This document shows, in pieces, positions 37,304 to 38,978 of a stretch of DNA of 38,978 bases; position 1 is the stretch's first letter; each line of letters begins with the position of its first letter. The notes below the pieces were generated by a model that worked only from the letters and a program-made list of their open reading frames with translations, ran no database searches and was not told where the DNA came from. A program made the translations under genes and the position numbers. The stretch comes from Roseovarius sp. GTDB taxonomy: Bacteria; Pseudomonadota; Alphaproteobacteria; Rhodobacterales; Rhodobacteraceae. The DNA is taken from positions 1-38,978 of the forward strand of contig DATFJQ010000242.1 in NCBI GenBank assembly GCA_035269125.1. The letters are read 5' to 3'.

Positions 37304-37350
37304 CATCAAATTCATTTACATGAATATGATGAAACCACGGTATCGGTCAA
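37304..37350 (-). promoter_or_regulatory. Internal soxC promoter with an ArsR(SoxR/SqrR/BigR)-type inverted repeat
   Basis: CATCAAATTCAT-TTAC-ATGAATATGATG (11/12 inverted repeat, core ATTC-N8-GAAT) overlapping TTGACC-N16-CATATT. Confidence 0.7.
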
Positions 37351-37366
37351 AGGGTCGCGGCACATA

Positions 37367-38978
37367 TTATGTGCCGCTTACCTTCACGCTTGTGTTCGGC
37401 TCCAGCGAAATGGTGCCTTGCTTGCGAATATGGCTTTCGACCACATCCCAAATTTGCGGGCCTTCGGTGCCTTCGTTGACACTGGCCCACCCGGCCACAA
37501 CGTAGTTTCGCGCGGGGTCAATCGCCTCGCCCGTGCTCAGCAACGTCATGTCAGAAATTCGTTCACCCTGTGGCTTGGAGACGTCGATCGAATACCCCAT
37601 GCCGCCGATGCGCACCATGTCGCCGCCCTGCTGATAGTAGGGGTCAGGATTAAAGATGTTGTCGCCCACGTCCTCAAGGATCACCTTGATAAACTCGCCT
37701 GTCATCTCGCTGCGATAGGCTTCACCATACGACATCGAGGTCACGTTCCAAATATCATCCCGGGTGATGTCATCGCCGGGGATCAGGCTAGGCCCCCACC
37801 GCACGCCGGGGCTCATCGCGATTTCGGCGTCGCGCTCACTCAGCAGCGCGTCACAAATCAGATCGTCCCACGAGCCGTTAAAGTTACCGCGGCGGTACAA
37901 AAGGCTGTCGGTCGTACCGATCACCTCGTCCAATTCGGCTTGATACGGCGCGCGCTGTTCGTCGATCAAGGCGGCCATATCGGCATCCGGTTCGATCACA
38001 TCGCTGAAAATCGGAATCAGTTTGTGGCGGAACCCCATCATCCGCCCGTCGCGCACATCCAGATCGACGCGGCTGACGAATTTGCCATTCGAGCCTGACG
38101 CGATGATGATCGTGTCGCCCACCAGAACCGGCTCGGGCAGCGCGTCATGTGTGTGGCCCGACAGTATCACATCGATCCCATTCACAATGCCGGCCATCTT
38201 CTTGTCCACGTCAAAGCCGTTATGGCTCAGGCAAACAACCAGTTCGGCGCCCTGACTGCGGACCTCATCGACCATTTTCTGCATATTCTCGTCACGGATG
38301 CCAAAACTGTAATCCGGGAACATCCAGCCGGGATTCGCAATCGGCATATAGGGAAACGCTTGGCCGATCACAGCAATCTTGACGCCGCCGCGTTCATAAA
38401 ACTCGTAAGGTTTGAATTCAGCCGCCGGTTCATCCCACATCGCGTCAAAAATGTTCTGGCCAAGCGCATCATATGGCAGTGATTCAACCAGTTCGCGCAC
38501 CCGGTCTTGGCCAAGCGTGAATTCCCAGTGGAAGGTCATCGCATCGGGTTTCAATGCGTTCATCACATTGACCATGTCCTGACCCTCGGTGTGATAGCAG
38601 GTGTAAGAGCCATGCCACGTGTCGCCACCATCCAGCAGCAATGCGTCAGGCCGCGCCGCTCGGATCGAATTCACCACGGTGGCGACCCGATCCAGACCAC
38701 CAACGCGGCCATATTCCTTGGCGAGCGACGAGAAATCATTGTAGGTCAGCGCGTAGTGCGACGGGCTGCCGTCGTCTATGCCATAAAGCTTGCGGAATTC
38801 CGCCCCGGTCACGTGAGGCACTTCACCCTTGTTGCCACCGACACCAATGTTGATTTCCGGCTCACGGAAGTAAATCGGCTTCATCTGTGCGTGAATATCG
38901 GTGATGTGAATCAGCGACACGTTGCCGAATGTATCAAATTCCAGAAGTTGGTCCTGAGTCAGCGCCTGTTGCGCCGCA
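37367..38978 (-). CDS. soxB: Thiosulfohydrolase (5' end outside the window)
   Basis: Frame stays open to the right edge (AAQQALTQDQLLEFDTFGNVSL); TDIHAQ, DGGDTWHG, FHWEF, SHNG, GHTHD, QQGGDMVR. Confidence 0.96.
   Translation of the reverse strand, partial: AAQQALTQDQLLEFDTFGNVSLIHITDIHAQMKPIYFREPEINIGVGGNKGEVPHVTGAEFRKLYGIDDGSPSHYALTYNDFSSLAKEYGRVGGLDRVATVVNSIRAARPDALLLDGGDTWHGSYTCYHTEGQDMVNVMNALKPDAMTFHWEFTLGQDRVRELVESLPYDALGQNIFDAMWDEPAAEFKPYEFYERGGVKIAVIGQAFPYMPIANPGWMFPDYSFGIRDENMQKMVDEVRSQGAELVVCLSHNGFDVDKKMAGIVNGIDVILSGHTHDALPEPVLVGDTIIIASGSNGKFVSRVDLDVRDGRMMGFRHKLIPIFSDVIEPDADMAALIDEQRAPYQAELDEVIGTTDSLLYRRGNFNGSWDDLICDALLSERDAEIAMSPGVRWGPSLIPGDDITRDDIWNVTSMSYGEAYRSEMTGEFIKVILEDVGDNIFNPDPYYQQGGDMVRIGGMGYSIDVSKPQGERISDMTLLSTGEAIDPARNYVVAGWASVNEGTEGPQIWDVVESHIRKQGTISLEPNTSVKVSGT

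Noticed and set aside
1-38978. CRISPR array, IS element or rRNA
   Set aside because: No regularly spaced repeats, transposase motifs or rRNA-like sequence seen by eye.

Overview
A GC-rich alphaproteobacterial chromosome segment; gene content and order point to Rhodobacteraceae/Roseobacter group (inference). From left to right: (1) the right end of an integrative element, i.e. a P4-like tyrosine integrase (<1-715, minus, absent from the ORF track) next to a 5'-truncated tRNA-Thr(UGU) att copy; (2) small housekeeping genes: GapR, a hydratase/degenerate 3-hydroxyacyl-CoA dehydrogenase, and a DksA/TraR paralog with an FNR-type box; (3) a short-chain carboxylate/acetate locus in which an ScfR(XRE) regulator, a stand-alone receiver, a small membrane protein, an SLC5-STAC histidine kinase and an orphan FliM/N-like gene lie divergent from a Liv-type ABC transporter and acs; (4) queCDEF behind a preQ1-I riboswitch; (5) accBC, aat, mlaD, NDUFA12 and clpPX; (6) an inverted-domain (NewPHL-type) photolyase and an MsbA-like exporter; (7) soxB(partial)CDEF with an internal ArsR-type operator/promoter. 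The best candidate for an under-described system is the transporter-kinase / single-domain receiver / FliM-like module with no DNA-binding response regulator. All calls come from reading motifs by eye; no searches were run.
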